DNA of 24,460 bases from Fonticula alba ATCC 38817 (lineage: Eukaryota > Protista > Nucleariida): the NCBI GenBank assembly GCA_000388065.2, contig KB932212.1; one strand, written 5' to 3'. The position numbers were made by a program, and so were the translations under genes. Under the pieces are notes generated by a model that was not told the DNA's origin, did not search any database, and saw only the letters and a program-made list of their open reading frames with translations. Of this stretch, positions 10,606-21,469 are shown piece by piece (within the stretch, counting starts at the first letter, position 1; each line of letters starts with the position of its first letter).

Positions 10606-11100
10606 GGCAAATAGATGCGCCCCCTCCCCCCGCCCCCTTCTTTGTGCCGAGCGGGAGGGGCGGCGAGCGGCGAGCGGTGAGCGGGGAGGGGGGAGCCCCG
10701 GGCCGTGGGGGTGGCGGTCAGCAGGCGCATGGGCATGTGCGCGTGCGTGCGAGGTAGTCCCGGGGATCATGGGTGGTGCTCTGTGAGGGGGAAGACCGGG
10801 GATTGATGAGGCTGTCCCCCCCCTCCCCCCCTCTCTGCGCCCCCCTCTCCTTGCTCTACCTGGCCCCTCTCTCTCTCTCTCTCTCCGTCTCCTGCTGGTG
10901 TGGCGCACTCTCCATCAAAAGGGGGCTGTATTGTGGGGTGTTGTCAGGGAGGGGGGGGGGGGGGGGGGCTCGCGCGCGCGCGCTCAATATGCCCGGTCCA
11001 GGGGAGGAGACACGGGAACGCGGCGGCGTGTGTGAGGGCGCCTGCGCGCGCGACGGTGCGCAAGCGGGGGCGGAAAGGGGGCAGACGACGACAAGCAGCC

Positions 11101-12006
11101 TTAGACCTTGTAGCCGATGAGGTTGCCGCGGCCAATCATCTCGCCGATGGTGAAGAGACCCAGGACCTGGAAGGTCTTGAAGGTGAAGTTCAGGGCCTGG
11201 CGAACGGTGGCCTGGGGGATGTTCTGTGTGTATGTGTGTGCGTGCGCAGGCGCAGGTGGGCAATATTCGGTGAGTGGACGACCACGGGAGGAGAGCAGCA
11301 TGCGGCGAGGGAGGGGGGGGGGGGGCGCGCGCGTACCTTCAGGTTGATGGCAGCAAGGTCCTTGGTGAAGTTCATCAGGTCCTTGGGGCCAACAATGAGG
11401 GCCTCACGGCGGGCAACCTCGGTGGCAACGGCACCAACGCAGCGAGAGGCGTGGATGACCGGGGCGAGCTTGGTAACTGCATGGGAGAGAGCCAGAGGCG
11501 CGGGAGAGGGCGGAGCGGGGTCAGCAAAGGGCAACGATGCACGAAGGGAAGGGGATCGCGGAGGAACCCCCCGCCCGCGGGCCTTTCAGGCGCGCCGGCG
11601 GTGCGGGAGACCGCCGGCCCCACAACCAACAGAGGCGGGGGAAGGACAATGGGGAGACCGCAGGGGACCCGACCGCCCCTAGGCGACAAGACATCGACCG
11701 ACGGCGCGCATGTGCCGCAAACGCAGCACGCAGCCACACGACATGCGACTGGCGGGCGGTGTGCGTGTGCGTGTGTTTGGGAGGGCGCAGCCATCGGCCG
11801 ACAGCCGCCGCTCTAGGGGGGCTTCAGTGTGCCAGTTGGCCCGCGCGGACGTGGGCACACTGGAAAGCACACTTGCGGAGGGGACGCCCGAGAGGGCCCG
11901 CCACGTCGGCCGAGAGAGAGAGAGGGAGAGAGCACGAGGGGCGACAAGGTGTGGCAGGAGGGAGGCGAGCGGGGTGAAACTCACGGAAGGTGTTGGCGAA
12001 AGACAT
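11101..12006 (-). CDS. ATP20: Mitochondrial F1Fo ATP synthase subunit g, 94 aa, 3 exons
   Basis: Exons 12006..11985, 11476..11337, 11223..11101 (285 nt, in frame). Donors GTGAGT and GTACGC, acceptors CAG, CTGAC branch site in intron 1. Product MSFANTFLTKLAPVIHASRCVGAVATEVARREAL...FQVLGLFTIGEMIGRGNLIGYKV carries the subunit g C-terminal GE(I/M)IGR..L.GY GxxxG signature (ATP5MG in animals). Confidence 0.9.
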
Positions 12007-12640
12007 CTTGAGAGGAGGGAAGAAGAATGACGGGAGGGGGGAAGGGGGCGACAAGTCTTCTGTTGATCCGCGGGCTGGCGCGGGGGCGCCCCGGGCCGGG
12101 GGCGCAAAAAGCCCCGGCCAAAGGCGCCGCCGTGCCGGGCCCTCCCCCCGCCCGGGCACATGCGCGCCGGCATGAGGCCCCCCCCCTCCCCCCGGTGTCT
12201 ACTGTGTCCACTCCACCCGTGCAGCTGCTAGAGCCCCGGCAACAAGAGGAGCGCGTGCGCGCGCAACCCGAACACAGTGTCCCGCCCCCCTCCCCCCGAG
12301 GACCTGCCACACTCGAGGGGCTGCCGGGGAGGGGGGGATACGCGACACCTCTCCCCGCTCGGCCCCACGCATGCACGCACGCACGCCAGCCGGAAGCCGG
12401 GCCGGGCGGCGCGGCGCACACCACGCCCCAACCGGACAACCCGGGCCCCAGCGAAAGCACCCCCGCCAGCAGCAGAGAAGGCGCAGACCAAGTCCGGCGG
12501 GGGAAGGGGCCGGGCACCGGGCGTGTTCCCCCCCCCCCCCCAGCGCCCGGCTGTGCCTTGAAACGCTTGTCGAAAGTTGGCGGGAAGAGAATTACATTCC
12601 GGCGGTCATGTGACGCCCCGGCGGAACACAATTCCACGTT

Positions 12641-15600
12641 CTAGACTCCAGAGTCGCCGCGCTGCTGCAGCGCCGCCTGCAGCGCCGCCAGCTGGGACTC
12701 CAGCTGTGCGATCAGATGCGGGTCCGACGCCTCCAGCAGGAGCCCGGCGTCGTGTGTCAGCGAGAGCGGGCCCTCCTGCTCCGGCTGTGCCCGGGCCTCC
12801 TCGGCCGGCCGGTGGCCCTGCCCAGGCGGGCTGGGGGCCGTGCCAAGGCCGGACTGGCTGCCCTCCCTGCCGGGCCCGAAGGACCAGCCGAGCTCCGGCA
12901 CGTCGCCTGGCGCGTCCTCCCCCTCGAGCACCAGCAGCTGGGCCGGCGGCGCGAAGATGGCAATCACCTCGCCGGCCTGTGTGATGGAAATGAGGACGTC
13001 CTTGCCGCCGATGCGGCCTGCACAGCCCCGCGTCCCGGTCGGCCGAGGCGCACCCCGGGCCAGCATGAGAGGGCGGGAGGGGTCAGAGTGAGGCAGGGAA
13101 GGCACACCCGAAGGAGGCCCGGCAGAACGCGGCCGATGGGAGGGGAGGGGGCGGGGGCAGAGACGCACCACAGGTTGCCAGAGCCACGCCGGCGCCCAGC
13201 TCGAAGCGCACGGCCAGCACGCGGCTGGAGATCGGGTCCAGCGGCGGGGGCACAGAGCCGGAGGTGCGCTCGGTGGGGCTGCTGCTGCCGCCGGTGGCCG
13301 TGGTGCCCATCGGCAGAGCAGGCCCCGGCGACCGCGGCAGGATGTACAGGAAGAAGATGGTCCCATCACGGGCGACCGCCGTGCAGAGGAGCTGCGACAG
13401 GCGGGATGGCCGCCGAGCGCGGCCCAGCGGCGGCCGGTCCATCCCGGGGCCCGGGGATGCCGAGCGTCGAGGGTCCCCGGGGCCGGCCCCGGCCACCGAG
13501 TCCCGCCGGGTCGGCCGCGCCGAGATGTGGATCGGCTCCGACCGCGGGGGCGGCCGGCCCACGAAGAAGATCGGCCGTTTGGAGAAGTAGCACCAGGCCG
13601 CCGGCCACTGGGCCGGCATGGCCGGCGGGCCCGGGCCCGGGCCCAGGGCCGGGAGAGCACCGCCGGCCGGCGTCATACCAGGGACCCCGGCCGCGGTGGT
13701 GGCCGCCGGCATCTCCCGACGGGGCCTCGGGGCGGTGGCGGCCGCCGGAACGTGGACCGCCAGCGAGCCATCCAGCGACGCGCTGACCACAGCCCCGATC
13801 AGACGCTCGGCCGGCAGACTGTCATCCGTGGCCATGGAGGGGGAATTCAACATGTCGGCCTTCGACCGGCAGGAGAGAACCCACGGGGGGATGATGCACA
13901 CCCGCTGGGTGGTGTCCGGCAGGACGGCGTCCGCCTGGTCCGGGTCCATGTCGTCTGGGCCGAGCCCGTAGCTCGACAGGCCGAGGCCGCTGCTGCCGTC
14001 GGCGCCGGCGGCGGCGTCGTTGTTGTTGTTGTTGCTGCGGCTGTTGCTGCTGCTGCTGCTGGTGCGGCTGCCGTCCGCCAGACCCGCCTCGGTGTCCTGC
14101 CCGGGCTCGGTCGTCTCGTATCCCAGTAGCTGGTCCGAGGCACCCCCGTCCGGGGTCCAGGCCCGGGCCCCGGCGCGCGGGCTCCCGGGCAGACTGTCCT
14201 CAAAGTCGCCTGGCAGGCCGGACCCGGCCGAGGTGGCCGGCGAGCAGGGCGCCGACGTGGCCACCGACGAACTGGAGGACGTGCTCCCGGGGGAGGGGAA
14301 TTCCCGGCCCACACCAGGCCCCCCGAGCCCGGGCGAGCCGCCGAAGCTGGCCCCAGTTCGGGGAGTGGTCGCGTGCGACAGGATCTCCGGCGAGAAAGGG
14401 ACCGGCAGCAGTGGGGCCAGCTCCACCACCATCGGCGCATCGGTGTAGTGCTGCTTCAGGTGCTCCTGCATGAAGGTTGTCTGTTCCGGCGCCCCGCGGG
14501 AGGATGGCGAGCTGTCCCCCGGCGGGCCATCCTCCCGGCCGAGGTACCGCCGGTTCCGGCTGACCAGGACCACACGCTCGCGCGCCAGGGCAACCTGCGC
14601 GCGGCCACCGCATGCAAAGGGGCGACAAAGGAGGGAGCGAGAGGCAGGGAGGCAGGGAGACAGCCAGTTAGGGTCGTGGCTGGCTGGAGGAGCACAGACC
14701 GAGGTGCATGCCCAGCACGCTGGGCGACAGGCATGTCGTGCCGTCGTCGGGAGGCAACCCCCCTCCCGCCGGAGGATGGGCGAGAGAGAGAGAGAGAGAG
14801 AGGGAGTGGACGGAGAGGGGAAGAGACAAGAAGGGCTTGGGGCCGCACCGAAAAGTGCGAGGTGTTCACTCCGGACAGGGTCTCGAAGATGGCGGACACG
14901 GGCGGGGCGCTGCCGGCCAATGCCGAGGCCGAGGCGTTCCGGGAGAACTTCATCCGGATGACCGACCCATCGGAGGTGACTGCCACCAGGACCGTGGACA
15001 AGGTGGCTGTCACGGGCAGCAAGTCCACCGAGACGCTGGCCTCAAGGAGACTCGCAGGGTCGACGGGGCCTGGCGGACCGTCGGCCTCGGCACCGCCGGG
15101 GCCCACATCAGCCGGCGGCGCATAGTGCCGTTGAGCATGCACCCGGATGATGTTCAGCGGCACGGCCACCGACGAGGCGGGGACCAGCAGGCGCAAGTGG
15201 CCGGCAGGCAGGCGTGCCGCATCGTCCAGTTCGTAGTACGACAGGGGGAAAACATAGAGGCGCCCCTCGGCCGAGATGGCCAGCATGGAGCGCTGCTCAG
15301 AGTCAGGCAGGAGCGCGTGCAAGATGGCGGCGGGGAGCACAGGGGGGAGGAGGTCAGGGGGGATGGCGCCGAAGGAGGGCCACAGGAGGAGCGGAAACAC
15401 GAGAGAAAGCCCGCGCATGTGCGAGACACGAACACACCGGGTACGAGGCGAAGGCCGCCACCTCGCCGATCCACATCACCTGCGTGCGGCGGCCGGCGAG
15501 GTGAGGCAGGAGGCGCCAGAGCGGGCACCGATGTCGGTGGTGAGCAACGAGAAAGGAAGGCAGAAGGAGAAAGGACCGGGATGGCAGAGGCACGAAAGCG

Positions 15601-15665
15601 GGCGAACAAACACACTGATCGGTGGACATGCGAAAAGGGGAGCATGGGTGGCAAGAGCACGAGGT

Positions 15666-15705
<40 letters not shown>

Positions 15706-16359
15706 ACACACGTACACTACCGAGGCCACGGGCAATACACACAAGCTCAGCGCCGGCGGTCTCACGCGCCGGTGGGACACCGGGCTCCTGGCCGGCCGCC
15801 AGGCGAATGAACAGAAGCAGTCCTCCCAGAGTGCCGATGCACACGAGCCCCTGGTGCGAGCGCAAGCGAACCGGATCGGAGGACACGGGCGACAGCGGTA
15901 AGGAAAGGAGCCCGCACACATACATGGCTGCAGGAGGGAAAGACAGCGGGAGGCCCAGCGCACCGATGAAAGCACCAGCACCGAGGTCACCGGGCCGTAT
16001 TCCAAAATGGAGGCTGGCTGGCCATCGGCCGAGGCCCCGGGCTCGGCGGCCGGGGGGCCGGCATCGCGCGCCGGGTCCAGCCCACCATCCGGCGGGCTGC
16101 CAAGTGCCACCGGCGGACCGATGGACCGGTCGGTGTACAGGGCAGCCGAGCCGGCGGGGGTCGCCGAGGCGACTGCCGGCGGCTGCAGAAGAGCCGCCCC
16201 GGCGCTCACCGTCAACGCCGAGGTGAGATCCACACGCTCGACGATTTGCACCGTGCGCAGGGCCGAGGGCATGCGGAGGTGCCCGGACGGCGAGTCGCTC
16301 GCCGGGAGCCACGGGTCGGCCTGGGCGGCGGCGGCGGCGGCGGCGGCGGGGCACTGCAT
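12641..16359 (-). CDS. ITFG2: ITFG2-like (KICSTOR subunit) beta-propeller protein, 939 aa, 6 exons
   Basis: Exons 16359..15964, 15850..15716, 15479..15438, 15292..14849, 14594..13169, 13017..12641 total 2820 nt, all GT-AG and in phase. Blocks are colinear with human ITFG2 as I recall it: LRTVQIVERVDL/MRSVSYVQRVAL, GLVCIGTLGG/ELVVGDTSGK, GLGSVMWIGEV/GMLTCVGVGDV, MLAISAEGRLYVF/LVAVSAEGWFHLF, VSASLDGSL/LCTLDGTL, TAVARDGTIFFL/ACAWDGQTYII, VRFELGAGV/VRFQVDENI. An alternative start at 16272 matches the human N-terminus better. There is a C-terminal coiled-coil-like segment LIAQLESQLAALQAALQQR. Confidence 0.72.
15675..15711. repeat. (CA)n microsatellite at the 5' end of ITFG2-like intron 2
   Basis: (CA)13 TA (CA)4 C, read directly. 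It is GT-rich in the sense strand, just after the GTACGT donor at 15715. Confidence 0.9.
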
Positions 16360-16400
16360 GGCGGCTGTCTGCGAGGGGGGCGAGGGGGGCGAGGGGCCTG

Positions 16401-16465
16401 GAGGCGGGGCGAGGCGGGGCGAGGCGAGGCGGGGCGGGGCGGGGCGGGGCGGGGCGGGGCGGGGC
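16401..16465. repeat. (GRGGC)13 pentamer array of tandem GC-box-like units upstream of the ITFG2-like start
   Basis: 13 consecutive GAGGC/GGGGC units, the last 7 perfect GGGGC, 42-106 nt upstream of ATG 16359. Confidence 0.85.
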
Positions 16466-18228
16466 AGCGAGGAAGCCACGGAGGGCCTGCTTAAAAGGGG
16501 GCCGAGCGGGAAGACTGACAAGAGAAGCACGGAGAGGGCAGGAGTGGCGGTGTGACTACGAGCAGGGCGGGATGTCCAGTAGCGGAGGGTGGCGCCGGTG
16601 GCGGCAACAGCCCTCAGGGAGGGCGTCCCTTTTTTTTTTCCCCTCCTCCCACTGTGTTTGTGCGGGGCTTCCCCGGGTCGACTTGGCTAGATCGACCTTT
16701 TTGAATTCGGATCACGGCCCAAGGCGGCCACCCCGAGCACGCGTGTCGCGTGATCCACCTCCCTCGATCTAGTCCACGATGATCCCCTTGGAAGACCCAA
16801 TTTCCCGCTGCGATTTGTTGACCAGATGCTGTGGGGTAAGGGGCCCCGTCTGCTGTCCCCCTCCTCGCAGTCTGTGGAGGCGGCGGGGGGACTTGCGAGC
16901 ACACATGCACTGTGTGTGTATATATATATATGTGTGTGTGTGTGTGTTTGGGGGGGGGGGGCGGCGGATTGGCTGCTCTAGGCCCGGGTGCGCTTCCCTG
17001 CTCCGAACCGCCGCCGGCGCGTGGTACAGCCCTCCGGGTCTCGGGGCTCTCTGGCGTGTGTGACGCCCATTGGTCCGGTGCTATCTGCCACCGATATTTG
17101 TTTCGCCCCTGCCCGCGCCCCGCAGCCGTGCGATGTGTGCATCGGCCGGCCGGGCCGTGGTGGGGCGGGGGCAACGATCGGGGGGTGGGGGTAATCCCCG
17201 GGTCAGGCGACCTGGTTTTTTTTGTGCTACGGAAGCCGGCCCCGGCCCATTGTCCCACAGGGGTGCCGAAAGTAGGGGCACAGTGCAGGCCGACGAGGGG
17301 AACATTTCGCTGGGCTCCTGGTTTGCATATCGCTCCTGCGCCCCAGTTGCTGGGGGGGGGGGAGTGCGAGTGTGGATGCATCTTCGCAAGCGGGGCTCAT
17401 TCCTGCCACAGCCACGGCAGCCGCACGGCCTCCCTCGCGTGTCACCCCCACATCCCCGGAAACACATGGGTGCAGGGGGGGGGGGAGGCGGGGACTTAGT
17501 TGGCAAAACAAATCGCCCGGCCTTGGCATTTAGGGCGTATGTCCCGGGCTGTTCGGACTGGCCATCGTCCAAAGCTCCAAGCCGCACATGTCGCACCCGG
17601 GCCGGTGGCCGATCAGCCGCCAGGCGAAGGGCAACCGCCACCGGGCTGGCGCAGTCGGGAGACGGGAGGGGAGGGGGGGGGGGACCGAGCGAAGTGGAGC
17701 TCTCGTTGACGCACGTCCCCCCTCCCCCCCCAGCAGCGTATGTCTCTCCGCGTGCACATTCGGGCGCGAGCCGCGGCGCTCGAGCACCGGCGCGCGCGTC
17801 CATCCAGGCGATTGTCTCCTGGATTCATTAATTCTCTCGGGCGCCTCGAGGCGTTTTGGGTTTTGGGCGGAGGAGCGGGGGGGGGGGGGCGGCGAGGGAC
17901 GGCGAGGGGGGTGTCTGCTGGCAGGGGGCGGCGAGGGGCGAGGGGGCATGAGTCAAGGGCAAGGCCGGGCAGAGGCCCTGCGCCGATGCTGGCGAGCAAC
18001 CACTCCAGCAACTGCCGCCTGACGATGTGGCCCGTCGGCACTCGGGCCATGGTCCGCCCGGGCCGGAGTCGAGGAAAGACCTTCGGCGCCACCGCGTCTG
18101 GGAGGCGGGTGAGGCGTGTTGCTCGGGAGGCGCATGCTTTTGAGCCTCCTCCCCCGCCCCCCTCCCCTCCCCCCTTGCCGAAAAACCAAAAAAAAAAAGT
18201 CCCCAAACAGACAAAAACCAAAAACCCC

Positions 18229-18229
<1 letters not shown>

Positions 18230-18302
<73 letters not shown>
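18230..18302. repeat. Poly-C tract (73 nt) preceded by an A-rich tract
   Basis: Read directly, with an A/C-rich run at 18181-18224 immediately upstream. The length may be artefactual. Confidence 0.85.
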
Positions 18303-19913
18303 ACCCCGGTTTCCGGCCTGGCGCCCGGGGGCCGAGGGGCCGAGGTATTTTCCTCTCCCCGCCCCCGGCAGCGCCTTCCCCCCCCCCCCCCCTCCGCGGG
18401 GCGCTGGCGAAATTTGCGGCCGGAGAAATATCATCATGTGTGTTCCCCCGCGCAACTGAGCCGGCGCTCCGCCCCAAGTCCACGCTGGGCGCCGCCCGGG
18501 GGCGCGGGAACAGCAGGCGCCGAAGATCGGCCCACGCCGGCCGCCGGGGGAGGGCGAGGAAAGAAAGCGAGAGCGAGGGAGAATCACACTGCGCCCCGGG
18601 GAATGTTTCATTTCTTTTTATTTCCACCCCAACAAAATTGGCCCCGCCTCCCGCGCGCGTGCGCGCGCGCGCGGGCCTCGCCCGGGGGACGCCACCAGCA
18701 ATGTGCCCGGCCCAAGACCCGGGGTACAATGGGCCGTGCCCCCCCCCCCCGCCGCCCCATGCTCCACAGATCGCGATCCCTCCCGGCGCATCACCCACAA
18801 TTTGACTGCGACCGATCAACAGACACACGCGGCCGAGATATGGATGGCCCCCGGGTCTGTCCGCTTGGCTGGGTGCGCGTGCATCTGCTTGCCGTCCCGG
18901 CCCCGCGCGCCCACGCCCGTGCCTGGCCCCTCCCCCGGTGCTCGGGAGACGGTTGATATAATAATCCCCGCGCATGCCATGCTCCTCGGCGCGCCTCGCA
19001 CCCGCCTCGGACGCCGGGTGTGTCCCGCCCCCTTGCCCCTCGGCCCCGGCCCCGGCCCCGGCCCCTATGATTGCCGCCGGGCCGAGAGCCAGCAAGGACA
19101 CCCCGATGATCGTGAATCCCGGGCTTGAGGGAGGGATCCACAGCCCCACGCAGGGGAAGGGGCGCCGGGGCGATACTATTCGATCTCGGCGCGCTCCTTC
19201 GCCAGCTGTGCTCACCCAGGTCCGGGGTATCTCACGGTCGAGGGGCACGATCGCGGCCGCCGTCGCGAAGGCTTGATCTCACCTTGGCCACCATTGCCCG
19301 GGTGATGTCACGGCCATCATGCCCACAGACGTGCATATGTGTGCCAGTTGGTGCAGGGCCTGCGCACACACAGGCATGCATGCATGCATGCATCCGGTTG
19401 CGTGGCTCGCCCCGGCGGACCAGCTCCCGGTATCCTTGCGCCCGCCGGGCCCAAGGGCGGATCAGCGCCGACGCCTGGACCAGCCTCCGGTGCCCGTACC
19501 CCGGCCCTCGCGCAGCGTGCTGTGTCTGCTCGTGGGAAAAGTTGCCTGTGAGCATGCTCGCAACCACTCCGGCGCCGGGGGGGGGGGGGGGGGGGAGGGG
19601 CGGCCCTTTCGGCAATCCCCCTCGCCCGGCTCCCGGCCCCGCACCAGGCCCCACTGCTCCGGGAGTTGCTGGCTGGCGGTTACTGTGGACCTTGACGCCC
19701 ATTATCCCGATCTCCCGCCAGGCCAATGAAGCCCCAGCGGCACCTTCATTCCCCAGCGGATGGCCGCCCGGCCGGACCGGAGGAAATCCCATCTATGGTT
19801 GGTGTGGTCGGGTGCCGGCCAGGCGGCACTTGGAGGCGAGGCAGAGGCCAGCCAGCCAAGGGGAGCAGTGTGTGGGCCAGCGAGGGGCCGGGCGGCGGGC
19901 GGGGGGGGGGGGG

Positions 19914-20075
19914 NNNNNNNNNNNNNNNNNNNNNNNNNNNNNNNNNNNNNNNNNNNNNNNNNNNNNNNNNNNNNNNNNNNNNNNNNNNNNNNNNNNNNNN
20001 NNNNNNNNNNNNNNNNNNNNNNNNNNNNNNNNNNNNNNNNNNNNNNNNNNNNNNNNNNNNNNNNNNNNNNNNNNN
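19914..20075. other. Assembly gap (162 N)
   Basis: Run of N flanked by a G-run on the left and a C-run on the right. Confidence 0.99.
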
Positions 20076-20105
20076 CCCCCCCCCCCCCCCCTCCCCTCCC
20101 AAAGT

Positions 20106-20283
20106 GTATGCTCGCCTTTCTCTCACCTCCGCTCACCTCCGCTCACCTCCGCTCACCTCCTCGACGCCGCCCCCCCGCACACTGCATCCCGATCCCTCTG
20201 ACACACGCACGAACACACGCACGAACACACGCACGCCCTCCCTCCCCCCCACCCCACCCCACCCCACTGCCCGGCCCTCGCAG
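20106..20283 (+). other. Probable intron immediately upstream of the microprotein ATG (5' UTR or first coding intron)
   Basis: GTATGC donor at 20106, CTGAC near 20197, CAG acceptor at 20281-20283 four nt before the ATG. Most of the upstream exon may lie in the gap. Confidence 0.55.
20121..20235 (+). repeat. Two short tandem repeats within the putative intron
   Basis: (t/g)CTCACCTCC x4 at 20121-20160 and ACACACGCACGA x~3 at 20201-20235. Confidence 0.85.
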
Positions 20284-20287
20284 AATC

Positions 20288-20500
20288 ATGTCTTCCCACA
20301 ACAACCCCATGCACAAGGCCGACGCCCAGAAGGGTGCCCGCCCCGCTGCCAACGCCCAGACCCAGTCCCAGAAGGGTGCCGCTGGCAAGGACTGCAACAC
20401 CAAGGACCAGGCCTGCAACACCCGCTCTGCCAAGGCCAACGCCGCTTGCCCCACCTCCAAGCAGCAGGGTGCCCACAACACTCGCTCTCAGCGCGATTAA
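20288..20500 (+). CDS. 70 aa hydrophilic microprotein of unknown function (hydrophilin-like)
   Basis: ATG 20288 to TAA 20498-20500: MSSHNNPMHKADAQKGARPAANAQTQSQKGAAGKDCNTKDQACNTRSAKANAACPTSKQQGAHNTRSQRD. No sense codon ends in A, and the preferred codons (AAC, AAG, GCC, CAG, CGC, GGT) resemble those of the ATP synthase g exons. A splice acceptor precedes the ATG. Confidence 0.75.
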   Translation: MSSHNNPMHKADAQKGARPAANAQTQSQKGAAGKDCNTKDQACNTRSAKANAACPTSKQQGAHNTRSQRD

Positions 20501-21438
20501 ATCGCCTGCCTGAGTGCGGGCCCTCTCTCCGCCCATTGCCGTGGAGCTGTCGGGCCCCGTTGCAAATAGGCGCGCAACCCAGGCCACATGTGACGTCCTT
20601 TGCCCTCTCTTCCGTCCGCCCGTGTATATCATCTCAGGGGCCGGATTGGCGAGCGAGGACACGGGGAGCGCCCATGTGTGTGCATGTGGAGGAGTGCCAA
20701 TGGCAGCGTGTGACCACAGTCCCACACCCCGCGGACGGGGGGAGGCCGGGTGCAAGCTTCGGACATCTGTGAGCGTCCAATGGCCGTTCCCAGGAGCGCC
20801 CGAGGCCCTGGCCCTGCTCCTCCCCCCCGTCAGTCGGGCAGTGGAGAGACAAGGTTGTCGTCTCGCTGCGACCGAGAGAGAGAGAGAGGGAGACCGAAAG
20901 AGGTCCCCCCCCCTCCCTCCCTCTCGGCCGCATCCCTCCCTCCGGAGGAGATCCCGGTGTGACGCGCGGCGCATCCCATTCGCGCTGCGCGCGCTGCTCC
21001 TCTCTCCCCCTATTTTGGCCGGGGAAGGGGGGGGCGCGCCGGTCTGGGACACACCACGCACGTGCTGCATGCAAAAATGCGCCCGTGTGTGGCCCCCAGG
21101 TCTGGGCTCCCCCCTCCCGTCAAAATAATAAAACTGACACAACCCAGAAAAAAGCGCACACCAGAGATGGCGTCTGTGCGTGTGTCTCCCAGGGGGGATG
21201 TGTGGGAGAGGGTCCCTGAGCGCGCCAGAGAGAGAGAGAGAGGTGTGCGGTAAGGTGGAAGTGGGGGGGGGGAGAACACCAGGGGGGTGCAGGAGAAACA
21301 AGAGGAGGGGGGAGAACACATCCAGGCCCTGTTCTCGGTCGGTTGACAGGGGGGCGGGGGGGGCAAGGCATGTGAAGGAAAGTGCATTGTGCCTCAGCAG
21401 GAAAAGCATGGGGGCGGGAGGGAGGGGAGAGATGAGGC

Positions 21439-21469
<31 letters not shown>

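Noticed and set aside
12605-12614. GTCATGTGAC, a CLEAR/M-box-like near-palindrome
   Set aside because: A single occurrence in the 3' flank of the ITFG2-like gene rather than its promoter. It cannot be distinguished from chance.
12716-15901. Plus-strand ORFs 12716..13786 and 14708..15901
   Set aside because: They are antisense to the ITFG2-like exons and read through its introns and microsatellites.
17854-17867. TTTTGGG x2, telomere-like
   Set aside because: Only two copies, internal, and expected by chance.
18431-18437. Minus-strand ATGATGA resembling a snoRNA box C
   Set aside because: No box D (CTGA) or terminal stem at a suitable distance downstream.
17613-19248. Minus-strand ORFs 17953..19248 and 17613..18611
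   Set aside because: They stay open mainly because of GC richness and the homopolymer (poly-Gly), with no domain or codon signal. Only small sub-segments are kept as weak candidates in the findings.
20121-20235. CRISPR-like or mobile-element repeats
   Set aside because: These are head-to-tail 10-12 nt tandem repeats without spacers. No cas, transposase or reverse transcriptase ORF, terminal inverted repeat or LTR is present in the window.
21127-21132. AATAAA as a poly(A) signal for the microprotein gene
   Set aside because: It lies ~630 nt past the stop, no similar signal is evident at the other genes, and the lineage's poly(A) signal is unknown.
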